Assembly (NCBI RefSeq): GCF_001194135.2
Contig: NC_068999.1
Location: 22,944,860-22,990,893, forward strand
Direction: 5' to 3'
Length of the DNA stretch: 46,034 nucleotides
Origin: Octopus bimaculoides
Taxonomy: Eukaryota
The notes under the pieces were generated by a model. It was not told the origin of the DNA. It did not search any database and saw only the letters and a list, made by a program, of their open reading frames with translations. The position numbers and the translations under genes are program-made. Below, piece after piece: positions 35,085-46,034 of the stretch. Position 1 is the stretch's first letter, and each line of letters begins with the position of its first letter.

Positions 35085-35190
35085 TGATGGATATTTGTTT
35101 TCATCTGGTTTGTTGTTAACACAACGTTTCATCAGGTGTCTTGGGGAAATTTCGAACCTGGGTTCTCATTCCTAAGGTATTTTCCGAAGA
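35085..35190 (-). mobile_element. Interspersed repeat fragment containing a hammerhead remnant lacking stem II (35118-35141)
   Basis: Minus: AGACAC-CTGAT-GAAACGT-T-GTGTT. Stem I, a palindromic ACGT stem III and both core halves are present and fused. Confidence 0.45.
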
Positions 35191-35373
35191 GGACAAATAT
35201 CCGTCAAATGTAAATAATGTAAATAATGTACATAATTCTAAATCTCTTAAATATAGAACTGTATTAGCAAAAGCTCATGTTTTAATAAAAGGCGTCCGTT
35301 ATATGGATATCAACAAATATGAAGATTAACATTGTGAAATGTTTTTTGACGACTACCCAATGTTTTTTTTATT

Positions 35374-35498
35374 CCTTGCCCAAGGTGCCGCGCATGATAT
35401 CCACTTGTACTTGCTCAAGATGCTGTGCAGAGGGACAGAACCCGAAACCACGTGGCTGCAAAGCCAGCTTTTTAATCCCACAGCCATGCCGGCGCCTA
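35374..35498 (-). mobile_element. SINE family B head fragment
   Basis: Minus AGGCGCCGGCATGGCTGTGGG..GGTTTCGGGTTCTGTCCC..CCTTGGGCAAGG. Confidence 0.75.
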
Positions 35499-36493
35499 TT
35501 CAGTGATTATTTTACAAGAACACAAAAATGGTGCTTCCAAAGAATCTCCCTGCATAGATTTGTAGTAAGAAAGACCAGTAAATATTGTATCAGTGCCAGA
35601 TATAAGGGCACGTGGCTTTAGTGATAAGGATGTTGATCTCACGATCATAGGGCTGTAGGCTGGATTCCCTTTTGTCTTTGAGAGAACACTCCATTTCATG
35701 TTGATCCAATTTACCCATCCAGCGCAGCTATCACATTCTGCTTCGCTGAGTCAAGAGAAGGAGGACGAGAGTTTTTCTATGTCTACTAGCACCAACAATA
35801 TGCACCTAAAATAATTAGCTAGTGCATGGTGCATCATAAGAAGTTATACTCGCTTGCAAGCGGTGGTTGTAGTTAATAGCCATATATGGGGCCAGAACTA
35901 GCAGAGAATTCGTTAAATGATTCAGAATTTATTCACATAAGAATGAGTTGAATCCACTTTAAATTTGATATTTTGGAGACACCAAAAGGAAATGGAAACA
36001 TAATGTAAATGGTTTACACAACCAAATAATAAAATACTTGTTGTTTTTTTCACGGCTGGATGATTTCGGCGGCTCCCATCGAGACTAAAATTAGCACTTG
36101 TTATATAATACGTTTTTATTAGAAATACAAAAGAATCTTAAATACAGCAACCTCTCAGAGTTGACATTATAAACATACCCCACACAGAGTAGATAAAAGT
36201 TATAGGTGTTAAAATACCATTACAACATTCACATCACTAGTGTAAGAGAGAAAAGTAACTAAAGTAACACACAAATACACGTTGAGCACCAACAAATAAC
36301 TCATTTGTCTAGCAGCATAAAGACAACAACGTCAAAGTACAAACAATGCAATGTTTATCCTATCTGGGTTCCAACCTCTACACAACAAATTACAAACAAT
36401 ATAAATAGTACGCACAAAATGACGACAGAAAATACATACACAGGCCACCAACATAACGAAACTAGAATATTTGAAGTGAAAAGCCACCTGGAT

Positions 36494-36597
36494 ATTAGCG
36501 TAACTGGATGGGGGAGGGGCGATGTGGCAGCACTTTTGGGTGGAGGTGGAAAACTCAAGGGCTTCCCCGGGTGGCACAGACTCTAACTCCGCCACAG
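36494..36597. mobile_element. Possible ~105-bp GC-rich mini hAT-type MITE
   Basis: Ends ATTAGCGTAACTGG and CTCCGCCACAG resemble CAGTGGCGTA/TCCGCCACTG-type TIRs. No clear TSD. Confidence 0.35.
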
Positions 36598-37617
36598 ATC
36601 ATACAGAGAAATATCATACCCAGCAGACCACCTGAACATAGAACACACATGTAAACTGCCTACATAACGAAACTAAAATAGAGTACGGAAAATGAAAAAC
36701 TACCTTGACACATTTACAAACACCAATCTTCGAATAACCTCCTTTGACTCTCTTCAAACTACATATAAATTTAATTGCTGCATCATCAATAAATCTCGTT
36801 AGTTTCAGAGACTGTAATGAAATATATACCAGAAATAAGTGCTGGAAATCACCGGGTGTGACGCTCTGACCGAATATAGCTTACTGTCTATAATAGAAGA
36901 AGTGCAACATTCACAATCTGCAACACTGCACTCTGCGCAGTAATTATTCCATGCAGTATGGATTTCAACCAGATGAAGGCATGAAGTATCCAGTGCGCCA
37001 TAATTTGCTCGAGCAGAACTCATTGAAATTACATAACAACCAGTATTTGCTCCTGATATTTATTTAAACTAATTTTTAAATTGATTGATCACGTGAGACC
37101 CGATGCTAAACACTCAAGCAGCAACTTAAAACGTGAAATTAAATAAAGATTCTTTGGACGGTAATCAACATTGATGCTCCAAGTATGGAGAATTTCTGAT
37201 TAGTATATCGTGCAATTTCTGATTAGTATGTCATGCAAATTTGCTGTGCAAATCATTTTATAATAACATTTAGGCATGCAAGGAGTGAATGCAAGATGAT
37301 GTTACATATTAATGATTAAATGATACAAGAATACTCGTTGATTTCACTTCAAAGTTGTTGTGACTTGTTGATGCAAACAAATGATATCTTTGAAGAAGTA
37401 GTTATTGGAGATGTAACATGGTTACTGTTATGAAGAACAGGAAGGCAGTCGTTGAGATGGCAGAAACGACAGAATCAGAATCAGGATTAAGTACGTTTCA
37501 GTTTTTAGATTCGTTCATTGCGTTCTAAGTTCAAATCCCGACGATTTGGATAATAACAGCCAGAGAAACTAGTATATGAACCTAAATCAATGTAACACAT
37601 CCTTATAATTCTTTCGA

Positions 37618-37812
37618 ATTTTGATACAAGGCCAGCAATCTTGAGGGGAGGGAGCAAGTAGATTTCTTGACTAGCACTTTGTTTTATCTATCCTGGGAGG
37701 ATAAAAGGCAAAATTGACCTCGACAGGATTTAAGTCAGAAAGTAAGAACCAGAAGAAATGCTGCTAATTATTTTTGTCCGACGCGCAAACGATTCAACCA
37801 GTTCACCGCCTT
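37618..37812 (-). mobile_element. Diverged SINE family A
   Basis: Minus AAGGCGGTGAACTGG head, GAGGTCAATTTTGCC, tail CTGGCCTTGTATCAAAA. A further degraded plus-strand head lies at 37455-37545. Confidence 0.75.
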
Positions 37813-38144
37813 ATACATCTTTATAATGGTTATAAAGCCATCTTAAGTCTTAAATTTAATACCTTCCAACAGTTCTTGACCAAATCAATCAAATTAACCA
37901 AAATCTATCCGGAACATATTGACAACAGTTATGGTGTGATCGAAAATAATTTTATTAGAAGAATATTTTACCATGGAGTCAACCACTACTAGTGCTTAAA
38001 TGATGAGTTTTCTTACTCACTTGTTGAGGATAAATGTGAAACGGTGGGAAGTGGACTGGATTTTTGTCATATAAAGTTTTGCTTTTGCAAACAATGTGCA
38101 ATATTTTGTTGAAGAAACCGGTTTTTTATATTTTAACAGCTAAA

Positions 38145-38318
38145 AGCGACGGCATTTCGTCCGTCTTCATGTTCTGTGTTCAAATTCTGCCGAGGTCATC
38201 TTTACCTTTCATCCTTTCGAGGACGATAAAATAAATACCAGTTAAGCATTTGGGTCGGTGTAATCGACTTTCCCCCTTCAACCCGAAATTGTTAGCCTTG
38301 TGCCAAAATTTGAAGCCA
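38145..38318 (+). mobile_element. 5'-truncated SINE family A with a perfect 17-bp TSD
   Basis: ATATTTTAACAGCTAAA at 38128-38144 and 38319-38335. Confidence 0.92.
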
Positions 38319-38405
38319 ATATTTTAACAGCTAAATCAGATTATTCATACGATATATGAAGTTTAGTTGCACTGAAAACGAGAGTCGATTTAAACGACTA
38401 TGCTC

Positions 38406-38407
<2 letters not shown>

Positions 38408-38495
<88 letters not shown>
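38408..38495. repeat. (CT)n microsatellite
   Basis: Direct. Confidence 0.98.
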
Positions 38496-38497
<2 letters not shown>

Positions 38498-39139
38498 CTC
38501 TTTCTTATGTCCTTATACCATTGTCAGAAATTAGAATTAGCGCATTACATAATCGTCGGCATAGAACGGTATGATGCTTGACTGTGTCGCATGAAAGAAA
38601 AACGTGATTTTAATCACTAGAAAGCACTCTTTCTCTGACCTACGATAACCTATATTATAAACAAGAATAATCTTATTCGAATTAGTGCTACTGGTTGTCA
38701 GTTGAGTGAGAGATAAAATAATTAGTGTAATGAATAGATTATTTGATTAATTATAATTAGCTTTTCAATGGAAAAACAGAAACTCAACAATTAATGGTAA
38801 TTAAATATCTTAAAGGCAAATGAGCGACGACCGCAGAATTTTTAATAATCAAAGCTTGAATTGCAGTGGAACAGTGGTCAATGTTACCCCTTGGCCTGTC
38901 CAATGCATTTTCATAAGTTTGTTCTAAACGTCCATGCTTGTTATCAGACTTTTATTTCGCCCTTGTTTCATACGTTTTGAATAATATAAAGCTTTCCTTT
39001 CATAAGTCTCAAATTATTCCGGCGATTGAAGAAAAAATTGGGAATGTTTCTCATATATGATGCAGAGACACAAGAAATATGTTTTGTGTATCACATGTGA
39101 TACACAGGTCAGGTAAATGGTTAACTTGCTTCAGTTTAT

Positions 39140-40047
39140 CTTTTATCCTTTAACTTTTACTTGTTTTAGTCATTAGATTGCGGCCATGTTGGGACACCAC
39201 ATTAAAGAATTTTTAGTCAAATGAATCAACCTCAATACTTTTTTTAAGCTCGTTACTTATTCTATCGTCTACTTTGCCGAACCACTAAGTTACAGGGTCG
39301 TAAACACACTAACACCGGTTGTCAAGTAACAGAGATGGGGAGAAACGCGCACACACACACACTCACGCATACGCGCGCGCGCACACATGTATATGCGACG
39401 GGCTTCTTTCAACTTCCATCTACCAAATCCAGTTACGAGGCTTTGGTCGGCCCGAAGGCTATAGTAGAAGACACTTGCCCAAGGTGCAAGGCAGTGAGAA
39501 TGAACCCGGTGTAGCAAGTCAAATTAACCGCTGCTTAGATTAAACCCTGGTATAGTTTGGGGATAAACTGTCATAGACCAAACTATACTCGGGGTATAAA
39601 ATAGCCTAGGCCAGACTATACCCTTCCGGGCTAGAATATATCCATCTAACGGGGTAGTCAATCTCAAACGATGTGTCGTTAATTAAAGTGTATCAGCGGA
39701 GTCGTGAACTGTGACTTGATTTTAACATTAAACTGGTTGAATTTTCAATTTGTTATCAAGACATGGCTAATATTTGCTATCTTTTGTGATTAAACGGTCA
39801 CAAACCGAGGATATTCGCTCCGCTTAACCGAATCTGGGATTCAAAATGGCAGCCACCGGCCATTAATGCAAGCAGGGGAATATGAATTGGCCTAGGCCAA
39901 TTTATACCCCGGAGTATAAATTGACCTTACGTCATAATATACCCCGGAGTATAATCTAGCCAGATATAGCCCAGAGAACTGGGGTATACTATGGCCTGTT
40001 ACACCGGAACCATACGGCTAGAAACCAAACTGCTTACTATACAGCCT
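39140..40047 (-). mobile_element. SINE family B interrupted by a DNA element at 39510-40003
   Basis: SINE sequence ..GAATGAACCCGG resumes as CCGGAACCATACGG..CTTACTATACAGCC. Confidence 0.9.
39510..40003. mobile_element. 494-bp non-autonomous TIR element, Ginger1-like (TGT...ACA ends, CCGG TSD)
   Basis: CCGG(39506-39509)|TGTAGCA...TGTTACA|CCGG(40004-40007). Imperfect ~110-125-bp TIRs contain repeated TATAC(T/C)CCGG(G/A)GTATA and GCCTAGGC motifs. Confidence 0.8.
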
Positions 40048-40144
40048 GGTCTCCTGTGAGAAGTTGGAACTGCCATTGTCTGATTAAAGTGGCTATCGTT
40101 TTCATCTACGAAAGAAATTTTAAAAATTGTTCCCCCGCTACTGT

Positions 40145-40197
40145 TTATTTATTTGTTCAATTATTTGTTCATTTATTTATCTAGTTAGTTAGTTAGC

Positions 40198-40235
<38 letters not shown>

Positions 40236-40290
40236 AGATAGTTAATTAGTTAGTTAGTTAGTTAGTTAGTCATTTATTTATTTATTTATT
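40145..40290. repeat. (ATTT)n/(AGTT)n compound microsatellite; (GT)n at 40786-40850
   Basis: Direct. Confidence 0.95.
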
Positions 40291-40785
40291 AGTGTTATTG
40301 AAGTTGTTATTGCTGTAGCTATTATTCTTCTTACTTAACATTCCCCAATCAGCTCTGCTCGAGCAGGTTTATTGCTCCAAAGTAACCAACCAATCGAGCA
40401 CCTAAGAACGAAGATGTAGAGAGCTTAAATGTGAACTCAATGTGTAAACTAACAGAGGCTGGATACCATTGAATAACTAAAATTAACATAATACCGCCCC
40501 TCTCCGCATTTCTTGGTTCGCACAAAATATGTTGATGCCCTCTCTTTCGAAAATATTACGTTTGTGAGAGATATGGACGTCATGCTTTTACATTTTCTTT
40601 TCTGTAGATCTAAAGTTTATATACCTCGTGTTTCTTAGAGTTGAGATTCTGTATTGAGGATAAGTATTAAGAGTATTAATATAAAGGTATGTGTGGGTGT
40701 GTGTACATACATATATCTCTATGAGTCTGTATGTCTATCTATCACTATATATATATATATAGAGAGAGAATTATTTATATATATA

Positions 40786-40853
<68 letters not shown>

Positions 40854-41039
40854 CGTGCATGCGTGCTTGTATGTCTTTGTGTCTGTCTGTGTGTGCACAC
40901 GTGAAGTATTCAGAAGAACGAGCGAGGTATGGTGAGAATAATGAAAATGTAAGAGAGGGAGACGTTAAGTTACATGGAAGAAGACTGAGAGCGGGCCATT
41001 GTCCTCCTGTGTCCTTGTCTGAGAAGTGATGCAGTGAGA

Positions 41040-41117
41040 GACTGTCTGGAATATACAGATAACTGAAATGTCTGAAAATATACAGACAATGGAATGTCTG
41101 AAAAATGTACAGACTGT
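41040..41117. repeat. 26-bp tandem repeat x3, each unit carrying a minus-strand acceptor-like TT(T/C)CAG
   Basis: CTG at 41046-41048, 41072-41074 and 41098-41100. Confidence 0.8.
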
Positions 41118-41769
41118 GTGTGTGTGTGTGTAGTGAGGTACAGAGTATGTGTTGTCTGTGACATAAAGAGAATAAAAGAAATTGAGTGAGAGTGAGAGAC
41201 AAATATTGAATAAAGAGAGAGTGAGAAAGTGAAAAAAAGTGAGAGAGTGAGATTGAATGAGAAAGTGAGAGAGAGAGAAAAAGAGTAGTTTTAAAAGGTG
41301 GAAGTAAATCAAGGTAGGCTGCTGGTTTGTGTGGAGAGGAGTCAGCTGCGTGTAACTGGAACAAGATAAACACATCTGGTAGGCTGTTTAGTGTGGCTTA
41401 ATAGGCTTTATAAGTAAGCTATATATATACACACACACACACACACACATACATACATACATACATATATATATACTAGTAAGAATACGTTATTATTAAG
41501 ATAGTTTGTTTTACATTTGTTTGATACCATTACATCATATATGTTTATAGTATATATGCGTAAGTATACATATAGCGTGCATGTAGGAAGAATGTTGGCA
41601 AATCATGCAACATGAATGAAGCTCTAACATCAATAATGGAAAACGTAGGAAAGAACTATATGATGAAATACAATTATACTTTAAAAATAACGCGTATTTA
41701 CATAGCAATGGAAAATTACTACCTAAAACTTGCCGATAAATATTAATATAAACATATATACATTCATAT

Positions 41770-42245
41770 GTATCCAGTTATTCTATTTACGTTTATGTGT
41801 CGTCGAAACCTGAGCCCATCTCATTCGCATTATGGTCACCCTTTTGATGCAAGCCAAACGAAAGAAATATATTCTTTGTTTATATATAACATGCAGTTAT
41901 ATAATTAAATATTATTATGTTTACACATGCTCATATATACTTAAATGATAAACTTCTGGAAAGTTTTACAGATTTTTACAATTCCAATGATAGACTGTAT
42001 CTGTAATCTTCGAATCAGCTTTTTCCTTTTTGGTTTTGAGAAGCCTAATTTCTCAAAATCGGTACTTAGGCAGTGTGTAATTTATCCCAGTGCCCCAATA
42101 ATTACAGATATAAAGCTGAACTTGTGATCTGGATAGAGTAACTGTAGATTTCTCAATAATTCAGCGTAGGTATTTTCAGTTTCGCTGACCTTTAGCTTTA
42201 TGTTAACAACCGCTGGGCAGTGGACTTCCACAACTGTATATATGC
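41770..42245 (-). mobile_element. R4/Dong-type LINE 3' end (RLE C-terminus + 3' UTR)
   Basis: TVVEVHCPAVVNIKLKVSETENTYAELLRNLQLLYPDHKFSFISVIIGALG..IRRLQIQSIIGIVKICKTF. Confidence 0.8.
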
Positions 42246-42811
42246 ATTTAATAAGATAAAAACCATATAATAAATGCGCAAACAAACGGAAAACTGTCAC
42301 AGAAGGTCACCAAATCCTCATCAGTTATCGACCAGAGGGTCAAACGCAATTTCGTGCCTTCAATGATAATAATGAACCTCTCTGGTGGCGCCGACAGCAA
42401 GAAGCTGCTGGGAAATGGTGAGTCAACGAACAAGGGACCAAACATTAAAGAAAGTGAACAAACAAACAAAAAATAAACAAATAATCAATACAGAAAGTGA
42501 ACAACCCAACATGAAATAAATGAGATTCAAGACGAGACCATTAGTGGACAGATGAAGGACAAAGCCGGAAACAAACAAAACGAAATGTGAACATACGAAC
42601 AAACTGAAATAAATAAAGAGAATATGGCCTTAGGGCCGGACAGCAGACGAAAATATAGTTAGTGCTAGTAGGAATATCCTAAAGGGTTAGAAACAGAAAG
42701 ACATCAGATAGACAGCGAAACGGGTTAAAAGTGGGAGACGAGAGAAAATACGACCAGTTGCTTGGGCGGTCGGCGCGAAAAAGAAAGAGAGAGAATAATA
42801 GATGACGATGA

Positions 42812-43212
42812 CTATGTATGTATGTATGTATGTATGTATGTATGTATGTATGTATGTATGTATGTGTGTGCATGTGTGTGTGCGTGCGTACGTGTATGTA
42901 TGAATGTATATGTATGTATGTATGTATGTGTGTATAAACACGCTGTGGGCTTAGAGAAATCTGTGTGTATTGTGGTAGAGACAGAGAACGAGAGTTGCTG
43001 CTCAAAAGGGAGATAAACGTTTTTCGTGGACAATTGTTTTCAAAGGGTAATGCATGCGTGAACATTAGTGTCGACAAACTTGATAATACATACATACATA
43101 CATACATACATACACACATACATACATACATACATACATACACACATACATACATACATACATACATACATACATACATACATACATACGTACATACATA
43201 CATACATACATA
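42812..43212. repeat. Inverted microsatellite pair (TATG)n 42812-42935 and (CATA)n 43087-43212
   Basis: Direct. Confidence 0.95.
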
Positions 43213-44130
43213 CAGTGGTATGAAAACCCGAAAATTACTAACAAGCACACATAATTTCCACATAAACAGTAACGTAGACTGCCTCTACCTAAAACGAAAT
43301 CAAGACGGCAGAAGCTTAACATCGATCCAAAATACCTTTGAATGTCGCATCATATTACTTCGGCAACGTCTTTTAACCACCAAGTATCGAAGTGCATCTC
43401 TTGGCCATGTTTGCATACATGAGGCTTGGAAGGCATCACAAGACTTGGAAGGCAGCTCCTTGAGCAACATCCCTTGTCTGATATCCTAGAATACATGCCC
43501 AAAGAAGTCGCACAACTCTACCGCAACGTATCATCAGATGAAAGGATGTGATTATATGAGCAGAAGACTATGCATGGATATGTTAGTAGAAAGTTCCAAG
43601 ATGATAGTAACATCAATCATCAAAGTATTTTATCATGGACCAATAGCCGAATTACTACCTCCCACTTTGAAGGGTATGCGTTTGCAATCCAGGAACAGGA
43701 AATATCAACCAAGTACCTCATGCACAAAAGGGATAAAGATGCAGGAAAAGCAGTAAAATGTGACAACCGATGCAGACATTGTGGAGTTCGCACTGAAGAT
43801 ATCACCCACATCATAAGCAGTTGGCTGAAAATGTCTACCGATGAGACAGGAAGTCGTATCTAGGATACTCTATAATGAAATCCGTCAGAAGAATCCCCAA
43901 GGACAAAGAAATAAAAACCCACGATATGGTAGAAGCCATAGCCACTCATAATTAAAAGGAATACTGGTGGAATGTACCAGTGAAGACCTCAATAAAATGT
44001 AAGCACAACAGACCTGATATAATGATTTGGAATAGAGAAGAGAAACTGTGCACAGTTGTGGAAATTAGCTGCCCAGCGGATGTTAACATAAAGCTGAATA
44101 TCAGTAAAAAAGAGAACACCTATGCTAGCA
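43213..44130 (+). mobile_element. R4/Dong-type LINE fragment (RT thumb, CCHC knuckle, RLE)
   Basis: KTRKLLT..FH..S.VDCLYL.R..DGRSL, FEGYAFAIQEQEI, CRHC-X8-H-X4-(W), YWWNVP, NRPDI..W....VVEISCP..K.NTY (PD-(D/E)xK RLE). Confidence 0.85.
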
Positions 44131-44203
44131 ATGTTATGAATTATAATTCATTCCCAGAAAAATATTTTACCTTTAAAATTTATAATACTCGTAAATAAAT
44201 AGC

Positions 44204-44400
44204 AACAAGAGCAATCAGAGAGACCAAAACTTCCGCCAACGCAACACCAACGTCCTCTCAACGATTAACCGGAAATGATTTTTTAAATGAGAATATCTGA
44301 AATATATCGACTGCTCTCACAAACGAGAATACTAAAAATGAATCCGATCGCTCTCAAACGGAAAAATAATCCATATACCTTGTCCGGTACCTGATCGATC
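44204..44400 (-). mobile_element. Probable Helentron-associated non-autonomous element (HINE-like) 3' part
   Basis: Minus end TTGGCGGAAG..TCTCTCTGATTGCTCTTGTT resembles HINE subterminal repeat + hairpin + TT ends. Family recalled from memory. Confidence 0.35.
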
Positions 44401-44789
44401 CTAATGGGAGTCATGGAATGTGCAAGTGGGTGTTCAAGCCGTGTTTGTAAGGTTGTGTGTATATCGTCTGGGTAATGAAAATATTTTCATGACTAGAGCG
44501 CACACATGTCGATGGGTCTTTGGGAGTCATTAAGTAAAAGTTTTGGAAACACTGGTTGATATGCAACAGGAATTTTGATAGAGAAACGCAACTGAACATA
44601 AAAATTATAATTGTAATGAAAGGCATACTGTATAGTAGTCTTAAATTCCGGTCTTTCTTTAGAAATCCTATTGTTTTAGACCGATGTATAGAATCATGTA
44701 TATATGTAAATATACTGTAAAGTATTAAAATGTATGAATAATCTCCTGATATAATAATGAGCGTTCTTTTTATATATTTGTATAGAGAG

Positions 44790-45990
44790 ACTTAAAGAAT
44801 TTCAAGCACTTATAAATGGACTTGACGTAAATATTCAATTTACGATGGAACAATTTCCATTCCTCGACATCCTCATTAAGAAATCTAACAACGAAATAGA
44901 AACAGATATATTTTATAAGCCCACGGACTCCAAGCAGTATCTACCATTCAACTCATGCCACCCCAGACACATTCGAATGAATATCCCTTCAACCTAGCAA
45001 TAAGGATTTGTACTATAGTTTCTACAAGCACCAGGGACACACGAGTACATGAACTAAAGGATACTCTCATTACCAGGAACTACCTACCATCAATAATTGA
45101 CATAGGCTTTCAACGTGCCCTACAACTCAACATCCACGAATTCAGACATCCCCAATTAAAGAAGGATTTACAACCAAAAGCCCTACCATACATCTCCACA
45201 CACAACCCTCTTAACAAAGAAGGCTTCGACACTATCCTCCTGAACATTCCCCTACTAAAAAGGGATCACAGAATTAATTTAATCCTCCAAACGCACACCA
45301 TCATAAAGAGCAAAAGACAACCCAAATCTATGAAAAGTCTCCTAACACAAGCCCAAGTACGCTCGACAGTACTGAAGCCATCAATAAAAAATGCGAAAGA
45401 CCTAACTGTGGTATATGCGTCAACCTAATTGAGGGATCAAAGTTCTCTTTCAAACAGGGTCAACGTTTTACAGGGAAAAACAACTTCATATGTGCTTCTG
45501 AGAACCTAATATATATATATTAACTTGCTCTGGGTGTCGAGAGCAATACATAGGCCAAACCAAAAACAATCTACGTCAAAGGATGACTCTACATAGAGCC
45601 CAGATCAAATTCGGGAATATAGAAAAATAGCATTCAGTGAACACATCCACATTTGCGCCACTAACAAACAACCCAGCTTCAGAATTTTTCCCCTCTATAA
45701 ATTCAGGGATGATGCAACCTGTAGTCAGCGCATATTTTATCACAAAATATAAACTCCTTTTGAATGCATCCACCACAAAGGACACTATTACAAGGGCCTT
45801 GGAATAATACTCACGCAAATATTAAAAACGATATATTCAAAACAGTTACCACCTATAAATTTATTCAGAACAATTTCAATCACTACTATTACAACCACAA
45901 CAGGTCACTTTTAGGTCACTTGACCATTTAAGAGGTTTCCACCAACATCCTACTACTGCCATACCACTCCCGCATTTTTATTATTTTTTC
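44790..45990 (+). mobile_element. 5'-truncated Penelope-like element (RT thumb, linker, GIY-YIG endonuclease, 3' UTR)
   Basis: IQFTMEQFPFLDILI, ETDIFYKPTDSKQYLPFNSCHP, PFNLAIRICTIVS, LPYISTHNP, KRQPKSM, C..PNCGIC, ENLIYI..CSGC..QYIGQT..LRQRM..H. Confidence 0.92.
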
Positions 45991-45994
45991 TCTT

Positions 45995-46034
45995 CTTCTT
46001 CTTCTTCTTCTTCTTCTTCTTCTTCTTCTTCTTC
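45995..46034. repeat. (TTC)n microsatellite
   Basis: Direct. Confidence 0.97.

Noticed and set aside
36807-37023. RDCNEIY after a plus acceptor (fibrinogen-like) and a Cys-rich minus ORF
   Set aside because: A stop occurs within 20 codons, no GGWT motif follows, and the minus frame lacks a good acceptor.
42549-42572. CAGATGA..GG..CC.GAAAC as a hammerhead
   Set aside because: U4 is mutated, stem II is weak, and no stem I or III partner or cleavage triplet is found.

Overview
AT-rich, repeat-dense eukaryotic genomic DNA with six assembly gaps. The SINE, LINE and microsatellite repertoire looks like an octopod cephalopod (inference from family recognition, not a database search). No intact long CDS is present, and most listed ORFs are microsatellite or N-gap artefacts. 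The window holds decayed retroelements: R4/Dong-type RLE LINEs (3545-7005 minus, 41770-42245 minus, 43213-44130 plus), a near full-length RTE LINE (12640-15400), an RTE-X 3' fragment, a CR1/L2-like fragment and two Penelope-like elements. It also holds DNA transposons (a Helitron deletion derivative with both termini, a maT-like Tc1/mariner with DD38D spacing, hAT remnants, a Ginger-like MITE with a CCGG TSD) and about 20 tRNA-derived SINE copies. One convincing minus-strand coding exon (34964-35046) and several weaker candidates suggest much of the window may be intronic. The most striking unexplained signal is a set of type I hammerhead-ribozyme motifs in three different repeat families. One is complete (819-865) and carries a compensatory U3-A8 core pair. 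Two minimal ones point outward in the arms of a Penelope fold-back (32140-32178 and 33497-33535). One is a remnant lacking stem II (35118-35141).
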